Shown here piece by piece: positions 22,468 through 34,974 of a stretch of DNA of 64,000 nucleotides. The DNA lies in assembly GCF_006345805.1 (NCBI RefSeq), contig NC_043002.1, positions 11,222,001 through 11,286,000 on the forward strand. Direction: 5' to 3'. Made by a program: the position numbers and the translations under genes. Each line of letters opens with the position of its first letter. Within the stretch, counting starts at the first letter, position 1. The notes under the pieces were generated by a model. That model ran no database searches, was not told the DNA's origin, and saw nothing but the letters and a program-made list of their open reading frames with translations. Origin of the DNA: Octopus sinensis (lineage: Eukaryota).

Positions 22468-23733
22468 GTATGGGTTTTTCTTCTTCTTTCAAATTTGCTT
22501 CCATTTCTTGCCGAGTGTCTTCCCGACTCCTAGGGCAATGAAACTCATAGTATACATTGGTAGGCCATTAAACTAAACTCACTAGTTCGTTCATTTTTTT
22601 TTTTTTTGATAGAAATAAAGTTAAATTAAAATACATGGGTAGTAATAGTTCTCACATCGACAATGCTCTTCTCAATACGTGTGATGTACCAGTTAAGACA
22701 ATCTTTTGCACTTCTTGCAGGGATGGTAAGCCAGGGATCATTCTCATATAATTTTCGGTTCCCTTCTTGATCATTCCTAGTGCTCTTATTATTATTATTA
22801 TTGAGTGAGAGAGCAGTTCATGCCATCAAAGTGACACTGAGGTAAAATATACGAAGTCCAATATACCCATCATGACTACCCGTCTGATAAGGGTACACCA
22901 GGCACATGCATCACAACCATATGTGCGCGACATGGTGATCTCATATCAAGATAAACAGCGCATCACCTTGCAGGTGGGGCCCAGTTAGAAGTTTCTTCAG
23001 GTTGAGTAGCCCATCCCACTCAAAAGGTCCCTGAATAAGGGTTTTTTAGGGATGTTGAAAGAACCACCCATGTTTCCAGAGGTGAATTATTCAAACCCCA
23101 AAGAATCCCTCTCAACACATGGCTATGATGCTCCCCCACTACTTCTGCTCGTGATCAGAGATGCACATATCGTCAGCCACTAAGGGACATGCTCAACTGG
23201 TTAAGGTCAAACAACTGACAAGCAAATCTGTGGTATTGAGCAGAATATTTGCTGTAGCCCATCTTTTATACCAAGACAAAACAATGTACATGATAACACT
23301 TCCAAACAGTTAAGATCAGAAGCCATGAGAGCCACTGCCTGGTACTGCATCAGGGCATATTTATTCATCGTTTAACGTCCGCTTTCCATGCTAGCATGGG
23401 TTGGACTGCCTTTGCACAACTTCTAACACTGGAGATGTATTACAGTGTCAGCTGTTCACTACCAGTGAACTAAGGTAACACCTCATATTTATCAAGCACC
23501 TTCTGGAATATTTGAGCTGTTCCAAGCAGTGCTGCTTTCTGCAAGTGCTCCACCTTTATTGCAGCCCCTATTTGTTTCACGTACTTCTCAAGATCTTTGT
23601 TCACTGATTATTATTATTATCATTATTCAGGTCACTGAGTTCAATTCCAGGCAGTGACCTGAATAATAATAATAATAATAATAATATCGATAAATACCTT
23701 AGGAATGAGAACCCAGGTTCGAAATTTCCCCAA

Positions 23734-23779
23734 GACACCTGATGAAGGCTGGTGGGTATATCAGCCGAAACGTTGTATT
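23734..23779 (+). ncRNA. Minimal hammerhead ribozyme in a plus copy of the tRNA-head element (23622-23830)
   Basis: GACAC-CTGATGA-A-GGCTG(GTGGGTATAT)CAGCC-GAAA-CGTT-GTATT; one stem I mismatch. Confidence 0.68.
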
Positions 23780-23959
23780 AACAACAAACAAGATGAGGAC
23801 AAATATCCATCAAATGTAAATAATGTAAAGTTGATTCCTTGGTTCCAAAGTTCAAACCTTGACTATATACACAACTTTCTGCTTCTTACTCTAATATAAC
23901 CATTCACCCAGTTAACACACACACACGTGTACATATATATTGTCTAACGTTGTGATACT

Positions 23960-24315
23960 CTACCCAGTGGACTTGTGTTCATGGGATCATGGTTTCGATT
24001 CCTAGACCAGGCGTTGTGAGTGTTTATTGAGTGCAAACACCTAAAGCTCCATGAGGCTCCGGCAGTGGGGGATGGCGAACCCTGCTGTACTCTTTCACCA
24101 CAACTTTCTCTCACTCTTTCTTCTTGTTTCTGTTGTACCTGTATTTCAAAAAAGGGCCGGCCCTGTCACACATTGTGTCACGCTGAATCTCTCCGAGAAC
24201 TACATTAAGGATACACATGTTTGTGGAGTGCTCAGCCACTTGCACGTTAATTTCATGAGCAAGCTGTTCCGTTGATCGGATCAACTGGAACCCCTGTCAT
24301 CATAACTGACAGAGT
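23960..24315 (+). mobile_element. tRNA-derived SINE (family C, tail type 2)
   Basis: Degenerate head with GGTTTCGATTCC; body AAACACCTAAAGCTCCA...CCACAACTTTCTCTCACTCTTTC shared with 13808-14097. Confidence 0.65.
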
Positions 24316-26074
24316 ACCACAATACTCTACCAACAGTTCTTGCCTATGGACCCATCTGATTCATCTTTTACTCACGTGGACCTTCATAACCGTTTGACAT
24401 TAAAAAAATCCTGTTATTGCCATAATCAAATATTATTACCTCTGCCTTAGCGAAGGCAGTGGTATTGTTTTCAGTTGTGTTTGTTTGTTCATGGGTAACA
24501 TATTTCAAGATCCACTGGATGGATTCGGATGAAACAATCAGGGATGTTAGGCCTCATGACTGGCACAAACTGATTAGATTTCGGGATCGATCCAAAATCA
24601 GGCAAGGATTCTGGATTATTTTTTCCATTTTTTTTACTTAATTTTTGAGAGCGGTCAGGTTCATCTTCAATATTCTCATTTGTGAGAGCAATTGAGTTTA
24701 TTTCAGATCTTCTCACTTCAAAAATCATCTCCGGTTAATCGAGAGTATGTTGGTGTTGCCTTGGCAGAGGTTTGCACTCTCTGAGTATTCTCGTTACGAA
24801 TTGAATTAAAAAAAATTTTTAATATTTTGTGTAGTGTAGAAGAATAACTAATTTATGCACACAAACCCATAACAGCAAAATCTTATATGCACCATGTTTG
24901 GGAGCCACCGCTCTAGCAAGTTATTTGGTAATCTCACTATTGCCAGCATCTTGAAAAAAATGCACCAAGCAGGAGTGGCTGTGTGGTAAGTAGCTTGCTA
25001 ACCAGCCACATGGTTCCGGGTTCAGTCCCACTGCGTGGCATCTTGGTCAAGTGTCTTCTGCTATAGCCCCGGGCCGACCAAAGCCTTGTGAGTGGATTTG
25101 GTAGACGGAAACTGGAAGAAACCTGTCGTATATATGTATATATATATATATGTGTGTTTGTGTGTCTGTCCCCCTAGCATTGCTTGACAACCGATGCTGG
25201 TGTGTTTACGTCCCTGTCACTTAGCGGTTCGGCAAAAGAGACCGATAGAATAAGTACTGGGCTTACAAAGAATAAGTCCTGGGGTCGATTTGCTCGACTA
25301 AAGGCGGTGCTTCAGCATGGCCACAGTCAAAATGACTGAAACAAGTAAAAGAGTAAGCAAAGTGGTTGGCATTAGGAAAGGCATCCAGCTTTAGAAACCA
25401 TGTCAAAGCAGACATTAGGACTCAGTACAGTTTTCTGACTTGTTGGGTCCAACCCATGTCAGCATGGAAGACATTAAATGATAATAATAATGATGATGAT
25501 GATAGGAGTGGCTGTGTGGTAAGTAGCTTACTTACGAAACAGATGGTTCCAGGTTCAGTCCGACTGCGTGGCACCTTGAGCAAGTGTCTTCTACTATAGC
25601 CTCGGGCCGAGCGAAGCCTCGTGAGTGGATTTGGTACACGGAAACTAAAAGAAGCCCGTCGTATATATGTATATACATATATATGAGTATGGGTATGTGT
25701 GTGTGTATATATTTGTGTGTCTGTGTTTGTTCCCAACATCGCTTGACAACCGATGCTGGTGTGTTTACGTCCCTGTCACTTAGCAGTTCGGCAAAAGAGA
25801 CCAATAGAATAGGTATCAGGCTTACAAAGAACAAGACCTGGGGGGTCGATTTGCTCGACTAAAGGTGGTGTTCCAGCATGGCCACACTCAAATGACTGAA
25901 ACAAGTAAAAGAGTGTATCAGTTTAATATTTTCGTTTACTCCAATGCTTTCTAATTAAGGTTATAATGCTCTGTGTCTTTGATATAACACTGACTCGTTT
26001 ATGCCTAATTATGCTTTATTTCATTTATTCTTTTTTGTTTTACATCATTGACCATTAGTTTCTTTTTTTTTCAG

Positions 26075-26138
26075 TCATCTAAGTAATCAATCTCTTCATT
26101 CGTTAGTCGTCAAAGGTCAAGTACAAGATGTTGCCCAG
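26075..26138 (+). CDS. RARS2: RARS2 exon
   Basis: ttcag|T...CAG|gtcagt; HLSNQSLHSLVVKGQVQDVAQ, equivalent to [21 protein letters not shown]. Confidence 0.9.
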
Positions 26139-26151
26139 GTCAGTATTTTAA

Positions 26152-26361
26152 CCCTTTCATTACCGTATTTATTCTGTGTTTCTTTCAATTACGTTAAATA
26201 TAATAAAGAATTTAGTAAAATAACTTTGTTATCATTCAGCTAGTGTTAGGAACATTAATTGTGACTAAGGTTTGGGGGAATATTTTAATTCAAAACTTAT
26301 GGAAACAAGACATTTGTACTCTTGGCAAGAGCCGGTTTCAGCCGGGTTGGTAATGAAAGGG
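26152..26361. mobile_element. piggyBac-type MITE
   Basis: Perfect 13-bp TIR CCCTTTCATTACC / GGTAATGAAAGGG; TTAA at 26148-26151 and 26362-26365. Confidence 0.9.
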
Positions 26362-26619
26362 TTAAAGGACTTATTACTTTTTCTCATGATAGGCACAGAA
26401 ACGGCTGGGTGGTAAGTATCTTGCTTACCAACCACAAGGTTCTGGGTTCAGTCCCACTGCATGGCACCTTGGGCAAGTATCTACCACTATAGCCTCAGTC
26501 CGACCAAAGCCTTGTGAGTGGATTTGGTAGACGGAAACTTAGAGAAGCCCGTCATATATATATATACATATATATATATATATGTATATATGTGTGTGTG
26601 TTTGTGTAAAATACTAAAT

Positions 26620-27455
26620 AGTATATAATCTCTCTATATATAAAGCTGAAGTTGTCTGTGTATAGCAGGTTTGGTAGCCTTCAACTAACACTATCTCCTC
26701 CGAGACCCTGCAGCGCAAGTTGACCAAAATTGAGAGTATGATAGAAGAAAGCTTGCTCTTCCTTCCGTAGAAGAAAAAATTCAAATCGGACCATGTTAAC
26801 ACCAAAAATTATTTACTTCAAAAAGGTGCTCTATTTTTTACGATTTTTTTACTGATGTGTCGCCATTTTTCGGTATATTTCAACCAGAAAAATGTTCACT
26901 TAAAGAGAATAACAAGCTACATAATGCAACATTTTTACTGTTCAAAAATTCCGATTCTGAAGGGTCGAAACAAACCCGAGCAATGCTGGGCAATACTGCT
27001 CGTAAAGGATAAAATCCTTTCTCAGAGCTGAAAAATTTGCCGGCAACCGGCGCTTAAAAGGATTTTATCCTTTACTAGCAGTATCGCTCGGGTTTGTAAG
27101 GGAAATAACTATATAAGCATTTTTAGAGAGTTATAGCCAAAAAATAGCAAAAAATGCATTAAAAATGGAAAAAAAATGATGGTAAATTTTTTTTTAAATC
27201 GTTGACTCATCGTAGACATTTTAGAGAGTTACTTCCCTTATATATGCCAAAAATGCATTAAAAATGGGAAAAATTGATGGTAAATTTTTTTTTAATCGTA
27301 GACTCATCGTAGACGCACGCTAATACCCAGAAGGGCTCAATATGAATCATGACTATAAGATACCCGGTTAAACTGCACCGCAAAATGTGGGAGTAGTTAG
27401 GAATCTAAATCGTAGGAGACAGACACGCAACTTCACTTTTATATATATAGATATA
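26620..27455. mobile_element. Two Helitron/Helentron-like elements head-to-head
   Basis: Minus copy ~26620-27002 and plus copy 27074-27455, both beginning AC(T/G)AGCAGTAT; 28-bp inverted flanks at the junction. Confidence 0.65.
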
Positions 27456-28463
27456 TACTGTTCAGTATTTACGTGTTGAAAAGAATTCATCTTTCTGCTT
27501 GTTCTACATTACATTTCAACGCTTCAAAAACAAACTTATGTTTGTTTACATAGGATGTAATATATATTTTATTGTTATAATAGCCATCGAGGCAGCAAGC
27601 TGGTAGACTCGTTGGCACACGGGACCAAACGCTTAGAGCCATTTTTGTCCATCTTTACATTCTGAGCTCAAATTCCGCTGAGGTCGACTTTGCCTTTCAT
27701 CCTTTTGGCTTTGATAAAATAAGTATCAGTGGAACAATGGGGACCGATGTAATTGACTCGCCTTCACCACTAAAATTGCTGGCATTGTGTTAAAATTCAA
27801 AGCCACCTTTGTAGCATACTTAATGCTATCAGCAGCAGATGAAAATCATTTAATAGCAGTGGTGATAATACTGTGTGCATTTCTGCCCAATTAGGCTTTG
27901 TCAGTAGCATGTACTCACTGCCATCTGCATGCTAGGACAAAATCCACTGATGCAGGAAAATAGTGCATCATCATCATGACTCTCCGTTTTTTCATTCTGG
28001 TTTGACGGAAGCTGACAAACCAGAGGTCTGCACCAGGATCCAAGTCATCTGTTTTGGCATGGTTTCTACAGCTGGATGCCCTTCCTAATGCCAACCACTT
28101 TACTGAGTATACTGGGTGCTTTTTACATGGCACCAACATCTATGGGGTCGCCAAGTAGCTTGCAAGGCAGGGACCGCTCAGCTGTGAGGGAGAGGAGCTA
28201 AGAGAAGTGGCTGTGTGCCAGGTGAGAGGTTAGCATATAATAGATGTACATGTATAGTTATCGTATAGAGGAGATACTTGGCTATCCGAGTGGGACCAGG
28301 AAAGAGAGAAGGGAGAGAGTTAGAGAAGATATTATCACTGGATGAATACCACAGTAGATTTATTTACCTTTCACCAAGTATCTGCCTTGTGTATGATACA
28401 CAGATGATTATTTTAATCTAATACTGCTTCAGTTGAATTTTTTTTTTTTTCCTTTTCTTTCAG

Positions 28464-28550
28464 GCACGTCTTCTGCTGTTTCATTCAGCCCAACAGATTC
28501 TTTCAAGTGGGCTCAGACTGATTGGTGTCCAACCTCTGCAGTCCATGTAA
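28464..28550 (+). CDS. RARS2: RARS2 terminal coding exon
   Basis: ttcag|GCA...TAA; ARLLLFHSAQQILSSGLRLIGVQPLQSM*, equivalent to [28 protein letters not shown]. Confidence 0.96.
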   Translation, partial: ARLLLFHSAQQILSSGLRLIGVQPLQSM

Positions 28551-28717
28551 GCAACATTACCATTGCCATCTTCAGCTGCTTGAGTGATGAGAAAAATCTG
28601 AGACTTTTGGAAATGTTCATACTCACAAGCAAAACCATTATGAAGATATGTCTATGTTTTGATATTTGTGGGAGGTTTGCCCATTCAGTGAAGCTGAGTT
28701 TATTTAAACCAGTAGAC

Positions 28718-28936
28718 CAGTGCTTTTCAACCTGTTTGCTGGAGCGGAACCCCAAGAAAACATTTCACTGGCTCGAGGAGCCCCTGTGCAATAATTTAAT
28801 TGTCTTATGCAGACATATCTGCTCAGGAGAATTAAAAATTACTGTCGATTTTAGCATTTTTGTAACTTCTTGCAGAACCCCTGGACTGTACTGGTGGAAC
28901 CCTAAGGTTCCGCGGAACCCTGGTTGAAAACCACTG
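28718..28936. mobile_element. hAT MITE in the presumptive RARS2 3' UTR
   Basis: TIR CAGTG(C/G)TTTTCAACC 14/15; perfect 8-bp TSD CAGTAGAC at 28710-28717 and 28937-28944. Confidence 0.92.
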
Positions 28937-28956
28937 CAGTAGACCGAGCACAGGGC

Positions 28957-28962
28957 AATAAA
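28957..28962 (+). promoter_or_regulatory. Candidate RARS2 polyadenylation signal AATAAA
   Basis: First AATAAA seen after the stop codon; not transcript-verified. Confidence 0.4.
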
Positions 28963-29925
28963 AAAAAATGCAAATCAACAAAGGGAGCCTCTTAAAAATC
29001 TCTTTATATCTACAAGGGTGTGCTGAAAAGTTCCGGGCTTTAAGGGTATCATGAAAGGCCTGGTTGGAGGCCCAACCATCAGAGTTTTTTTATAGGGCTT
29101 AGAAAATCTGCAATGACCTCTGCAATAAGTGTGTGAATCCTCCTATATTTTTTTTACCCAAAACCAGGAATTTTTCAGCTCCCACTCATATATATATATA
29201 TATATATATATACTAGCAGCTAAGCCCCTTTTCACCCGGTCGGTTTGGATGATGTGGTTGTAAAACCTGTTCTGTGTAAGCATTCGACCTGTTTGGGCAC
29301 GCTTACGTTAAAAAACAATTTTAGAATGACTTTTTCTACTGTCAAAACGCTAAAAACAACTGACCAACAAAAAAGAAACCAAACAAGATTCAACCAAATC
29401 AAAAAATAAACCCAAATACTAAACGAACAAAGGTGCTCTTTTTCATTTATTTCACACAAATCAATGTTTGAATACGTTTATCGGTGGAATAGGTTGACGG
29501 AAACTGTACAGAAGCCTTTTGTGTGAATGCTGCATTTGTGTTAGTATGAATGATACTCCTGTTTGTGCTCATTAACACTGACTGAATTAAAAATGGTGAT
29601 ACTGTTTATATGAAGGGGTGCTGGAGTGTTCTTGGCTTTAAGGGTTTCACAAAAGGCCTGACTGGACAGAGGCCCTTCTGAGCTTTTTTTTACAGGGGTT
29701 AGAAAATGGTGAAGGACTACTGCATGAAGTGTGTGAATCTGAGAGTGGAACATGTTGAGTAATATCATAATTTACTGATCCTCCTGTATTTTCTGTTACC
29801 AAAAGCCAGGGACTTTTCAGCAAACCCTTGTATGTTCCATTGTTCAGTGGATGTACGAGTTCCAATGAAGTTAAAAACAAACCAGGAAGGAAGGTTAAAA
29901 TGCATCAGGTTGCTCCCACAACCTG

Positions 29926-30509
29926 TGGCGAGATGGCAGAATCGTTAGCACGCCGGGCGAAATGCATAGCCGCATTTTGTCTGCCGTTACGTTCTGAGTT
30001 CAAATTCCGCCGAGGTCGACTTTGCCTTTCATCCTTTCAGGGTCGATTAAATAAGTACCAGTTACGCACTGGAGTTGATGTAATCGACTTAATCCGTTTG
30101 TCCCCTCTGTGTTTAGCCCCTTGTGGGTAGTAAAGAAATAGGTATTTCGTCTGCCGTTACTTTCTGAGTTCAAATTCCGCCGAGGTCGACTTTGCCTTTC
30201 ATCCTTTCAGGTTCGATTAAATAAGTACCAGTTACGCACTGGGGTTGATGTAATCGACTTAATCCATTTATCTGTCCTTGTTTGTCCTCTCTGTGTTTAG
30301 CCCCTTGTGGGTAGTAAAGAAATAGGTATTTCGTCTGCCGCTACTTTCTGAGTTCAAATTCCGCCGAGGTCAAATTTGCCTTTCATCCTTTCAGGGTCGA
30401 TTAAATAAGTACCAGTTACGCACTGGGATCGATGTAATCGACTTAATCCATTTATCTGTCCTTGTTTGTCCTCTCTGTGTTTAGCCCCTTGTGGGCAATA
30501 AGGAAATAG
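29926..30509 (+). mobile_element. tRNA-derived Nin/Deu-domain SINE trimer (full copy + 2 x 184-nt units)
   Basis: Central GACTTTGCCTTTCATCCTTT..GGGTCGA..AA.AAGTACCAG domain. Units 30142-30325 and 30326-30509. TSD AGGTTGCTCCCACAAC at 29907-29922 and 30508-30523. Confidence 0.88.
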
Positions 30510-30779
30510 GTTGCTCCCACAACTGTAATTAGGTTTTCATGCATGTTTTCAAACTTTATTTTCACAATTTACATCCAGAAATAATAAATATTCGTTTATT
30601 TGTTTCAGTCATTTGACTGCGACCATGCTGGAGCTCTGCCTTTAGTCAAGCAAATGGAACCCAGGGCTTATTCTTTGTAAGCCTAGTACTTATTCTATCA
30701 GTCTCTTTTGATGAACGGCTAAGTTATGAGGACGTAAACACACCAGCATCAGTTGTCAATCAATGTTGGGGGAACAAAC

Positions 30780-30862
30780 ACGGACACACAAACATACACA
30801 CACACATACATACATATATATATACATACATATATATGTATATATATATACATATATATATG

Positions 30863-30898
<36 letters not shown>

Positions 30899-31144
30899 TA
30901 TGATATAATATATGTATATATATATATATATATAGATATATATATACATATACATACATATACATATATATACATATATATACATATATATACATATATA
31001 TACATATATATTATACATATATATACATATATATACATATATATAATATATATATATATATACAATATATATATATATAATATATCTATATATATATTAT
31101 ATATACATATATATACATATATATATATATATACATATATCTAC

Positions 31145-31177
<33 letters not shown>

Positions 31178-31764
31178 TATAATATATACACCATATATAT
31201 ATATGTTATATATATATAGATAGATATATATACACACATATAATATATGTATATATATATATTATATATATATATAACACACATATATATATGTATATAT
31301 ATATATATATATATAAATAATAAATATTAGGGAATAAATCCAAATTTACAGGGAAAAAAAATCAGATTTAGGATTAAATCCAATTTTATAGTAAAATATT
31401 ATAAAATATTATTAGAGACGAAACCACTATTTTGCAAAACAAACAAGGAAAGACTTAATCAATACATATAATTTTAATAAATAATGACTATTTATTAAAT
31501 TATATGTATTGATTAAGTCTTTCCTTGTTTGTTTTGCAAAATAGTGGTTTTGTCTCTAATAATATTTTATTATATATATATATATATACACACATAATAT
31601 ATATGTATATATATATATACATATATATTATACACACATATATATATATGTATATATATATATATACATATATATATACATATATATATATATATAATAT
31701 ACATATTATATATATAATATATATGTATATATACATATATATATATACATATATATAACATATA

Positions 31765-31807
<43 letters not shown>

Positions 31808-31938
31808 CATATATATATATATACATATATATATCTATATATATATATACATATATATATTATATATATATACATATATATTATATATACATATATATAA
31901 TATATATATATGTATATATATATATAGTATATATATAT

Positions 31939-31974
<36 letters not shown>

Positions 31975-31995
31975 CATATATTATATATATATATG

Positions 31996-32036
<41 letters not shown>

Positions 32037-32209
32037 GTAATATATATATATACATATATACATATATATATACATATATACATTATATATATATACATAT
32101 ATACATACATATATACATATATATACATTATATATACATATATACATATATATATACATATATATATACATATATATATATATATATTACATATATATAT
32201 ATATATTAC

Positions 32210-32242
<33 letters not shown>

Positions 32243-32255
32243 TATATATATACAA
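30780..32255. repeat. ~1.45-kb (TA)/(TACA) microsatellite expansion inside a minus-strand family-B SINE
   Basis: SINE tail at ~30590-30780 and head at ~32255-32410 flank the TA array; a 170-nt hairpin is embedded at 31401-31570. Confidence 0.9.
31401..31570. repeat. Near-perfect hairpin, ~82-bp arms, 5-nt loop
   Basis: 31401-31483 versus the reverse complement of 31489-31570: 1 mismatch and 1 indel; loop ATGAC. Confidence 0.92.
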
Positions 32256-33197
32256 TGGGCTTCTTTCAGTTTCCATCTACCAAATCCACTCATAAGGCTT
32301 TGGTCAACCACAGGCTATAGTAGAAGACACTTGCCAAAAGTGCTACGCAGTGGGACTGAACCCGGAACCATGTGGTTGGTAAGCAAGCTACTTACCACAC
32401 AACCACTCCAGCACCAATATATGTAAAATTCGTTCCCTTCCCCACTTCCTCTATTTCCCACTCTCCTTTAGAAATTTTGTCACCTTGCCCACCCACCCTC
32501 TTGTCCCCAGACCACCCTACCATATACACCTCCTTGTAACTTGGGTGTGTGGTCCCTCCCCAACTCTGTCACATCTTCCCCATCTTTCTCTCCTCAGTCT
32601 CTACTCCATCTGAGGTAGCAGTGTCTCTCTTCGAATGCAAGACACCATTTTCTGTCCCTCAATAGTACTCCCTCCTGTATACAGTTGGGGGGGCCTTGCC
32701 CTGCAAATTAATTTGTGACATCGGTGCTGCTGCTGCTTCCACATAAAAAGCACCCTGTACAATATATATTTCTTTATTACCCACAAGGGGCTAAACATAG
32801 AGGGGACAAACAAGGACAGACAAAGGGATTAAGTCAATTATATCGACCCCCAGTGCATAACTGGTACTTAATTTATCGACCTTGAAAGGATGAAAGGCAA
32901 AGCCGACCTTGGCGGAATTTGAACCCAGAACGTAACGGCAGACGAAATACGGCTACGCATTTTGCCCGGTGTGCTAACATTTCTGCCAGCACCCTATACA
33001 ATATAAAGTGGTTAATATTATGAACGCATATACAACAGAGTCGATTCCAGTCTTCCGACTTGCTAGTTCCTGTAAAACCGCCCTACCCATGCCAGCTTGG
33101 AAAATGTACATTAAATGATGATGATGATGAACAGTGCCTCTCAGCATGAGTATATGTGACTAGATCTTTCCTGTTTTATGTACCATCCAGGTTAAGT

Positions 33198-33790
33198 AGC
33201 TGGCAGAAACGTTAGCACTCCGGGCAAAATGCTTAGCAGTATTTCGTGTGCCGTTACGTTCTGGGTTCAAATTCCGCCGAGGTCGACTTTGCCTTTAATC
33301 CTTTCTGGGTCGATTAAATAAGTACCACTTACACACTGGGGTCGATATAATCGACTTAATCCGTTTGTCTGTCCTTGTTTGTCCTCTCTGTGTTTAGCCC
33401 CTTGTGGGTAGTAAAGAAATAGGTATTTCGTGTGCCATTACGTTCTGAGTTCAAATTCCACCGAGGTCGACTTTGTCTTTCATCCTTTCAGGGTTGATCA
33501 AATAAGTACCAGTTACACACTGGGGTCGATATAATCGCCTTAATCCGTTTGTCTGTCCTTGTTTGTCCTCTCTGTGTTTAGCCCCTGGTGGGTAGTAAAG
33601 AAATAGGTATTTCGTGTGCCGTTACGTTCTGAGTTCAAATTCCGCCGAGGTCGACTTTGCCTTTCATCCTTTCAGGGTTGATTAAATAAGTACCACTTAC
33701 ACACTGGGGTTGATATAATCGACTTAATCCCTTTGTCTGTCCTTGTTTGCCCTCTCTGTGTTTAGCCCCTTGTGGGCAGTAAAGAAATAG
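33198..33790 (+). mobile_element. Second Nin/Deu-domain SINE trimer (head copy + 2 x 184-nt units)
   Basis: Units 33423-33606 and 33607-33790; TSD AGGTTAAGTAGCTG at 33189-33202 and 33789-33802. Confidence 0.88.
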
Positions 33791-34566
33791 GTTAAGTAGC
33801 TGAGGGAATCATATGGAACCTGCTTGGTTCCATACCATTCCTATCTTTCTGAGAGTCACTCTCTTTCTTATTCATGGTGCCATGTTGCCCATGTAACAGG
33901 GGATGGCATTAGATGTATCTGGATTTAAACTCCACCAACCACCAATATTCTTTTCTGCTCTAGACACAAGGCTGGAAATTTTGGGGGAGGGGGGGACCCC
34001 AGTATACAACTGGTACTTAATTTATTGACCCCAAAAGGATGAAAGGCGAAGTCGACCTCGGCGGAATTTGAACTCTGAACATAAAGACAGACGAAATATA
34101 GAATTTATATATTCTTTTCTACTCTAGGCACAAGGCCCGAAATTTTTTGATGGGAAGGGGGCCAGTCAAGTAGATCGACCCTGAAATGATGAAAGGCAAA
34201 GTCGACCTCGGCGGAATTTGAACTCAGAACATAAAGACAGACGAAATATAGAATTTATATATTCTTTTCTACTCTAGACACAAGGCCCGAAATTTTTTGA
34301 TCGACCCTGAAATGATGAAAGGCAAAGTCGACCTCAGCAGAATTTGAACTCAGAATGTAAAGACAGACAGATGAAATACCGTTAAGCATTTCGCCCGGCG
34401 TGCTAACGTTTCAGCCAGCTTGTCACCTTCCACCTAACACCAATATTATCTCTCGACATGTTTTGTTCGTTAGAGATTTACAAATTTCACATTTCACATT
34501 TCACATTTCCCGAGCCATCTGGACACTCAAAGTCACAAATAAAAAAACACATTAAAATGCATGATT

Positions 34567-34974
34567 TTAAGGAAAGATATTTTTCATTTTTGACAAAAAG
34601 TTCCTACTGTTATAAGGAATTCCTTGCAGAGTTTTAAAAATATATTTATCTTCTACATCTTCGTCAATATAGATAGGTATTGTTTTTCTTTTCTCTTCAT
34701 TTTTTAAATGAATGGTCATTATTAGAGTATTCATATGCATAAATTCTTTATCTCTTTCGGAATTTTGTGACAAAATAACAAAAATGATATCTATGTCTTT
34801 TATTGCTTCTTCTAATTTGAATTTGTTCCCAACACAGTCGAAATCACGGTCAACAATATAACCTTTCAACTTTCGGTGTTTATATTCTTCTTCTAAAATT
34901 TCTAGGACTTCATATGCTGCTTTCTCATCTTCTTTTGCAAAATGTAAGAAAAAGTCATATTCATTTGAAGTCAT
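34567..34974 (-). CDS. TIR-domain-only protein, 135 aa, intronless CDS
   Basis: Box1-like YDFFLHFAKED, box2-like GYIVDRDF, betaC IIFVILSQNS, betaD KTIPIYID. In-frame TAG 6 nt upstream of the ATG. Strong acceptor (ttttattttacag) at 35116, so 35115-34975 is 5' UTR (stops in all three frames). Confidence 0.8.
   Translation of the reverse strand: MTSNEYDFFLHFAKEDEKAAYEVLEILEEEYKHRKLKGYIVDRDFDCVGNKFKLEEAIKDIDIIFVILSQNSERDKEFMHMNTLIMTIHLKNEEKRKTIPIYIDEDVEDKYIFKTLQGIPYNSRNFLSKMKNIFP

Noticed and set aside
30749-32426. Many 70-160 aa Y/I/M/C-rich ORFs
   Set aside because: Translations of the (TA)n/(TACA)n microsatellite.
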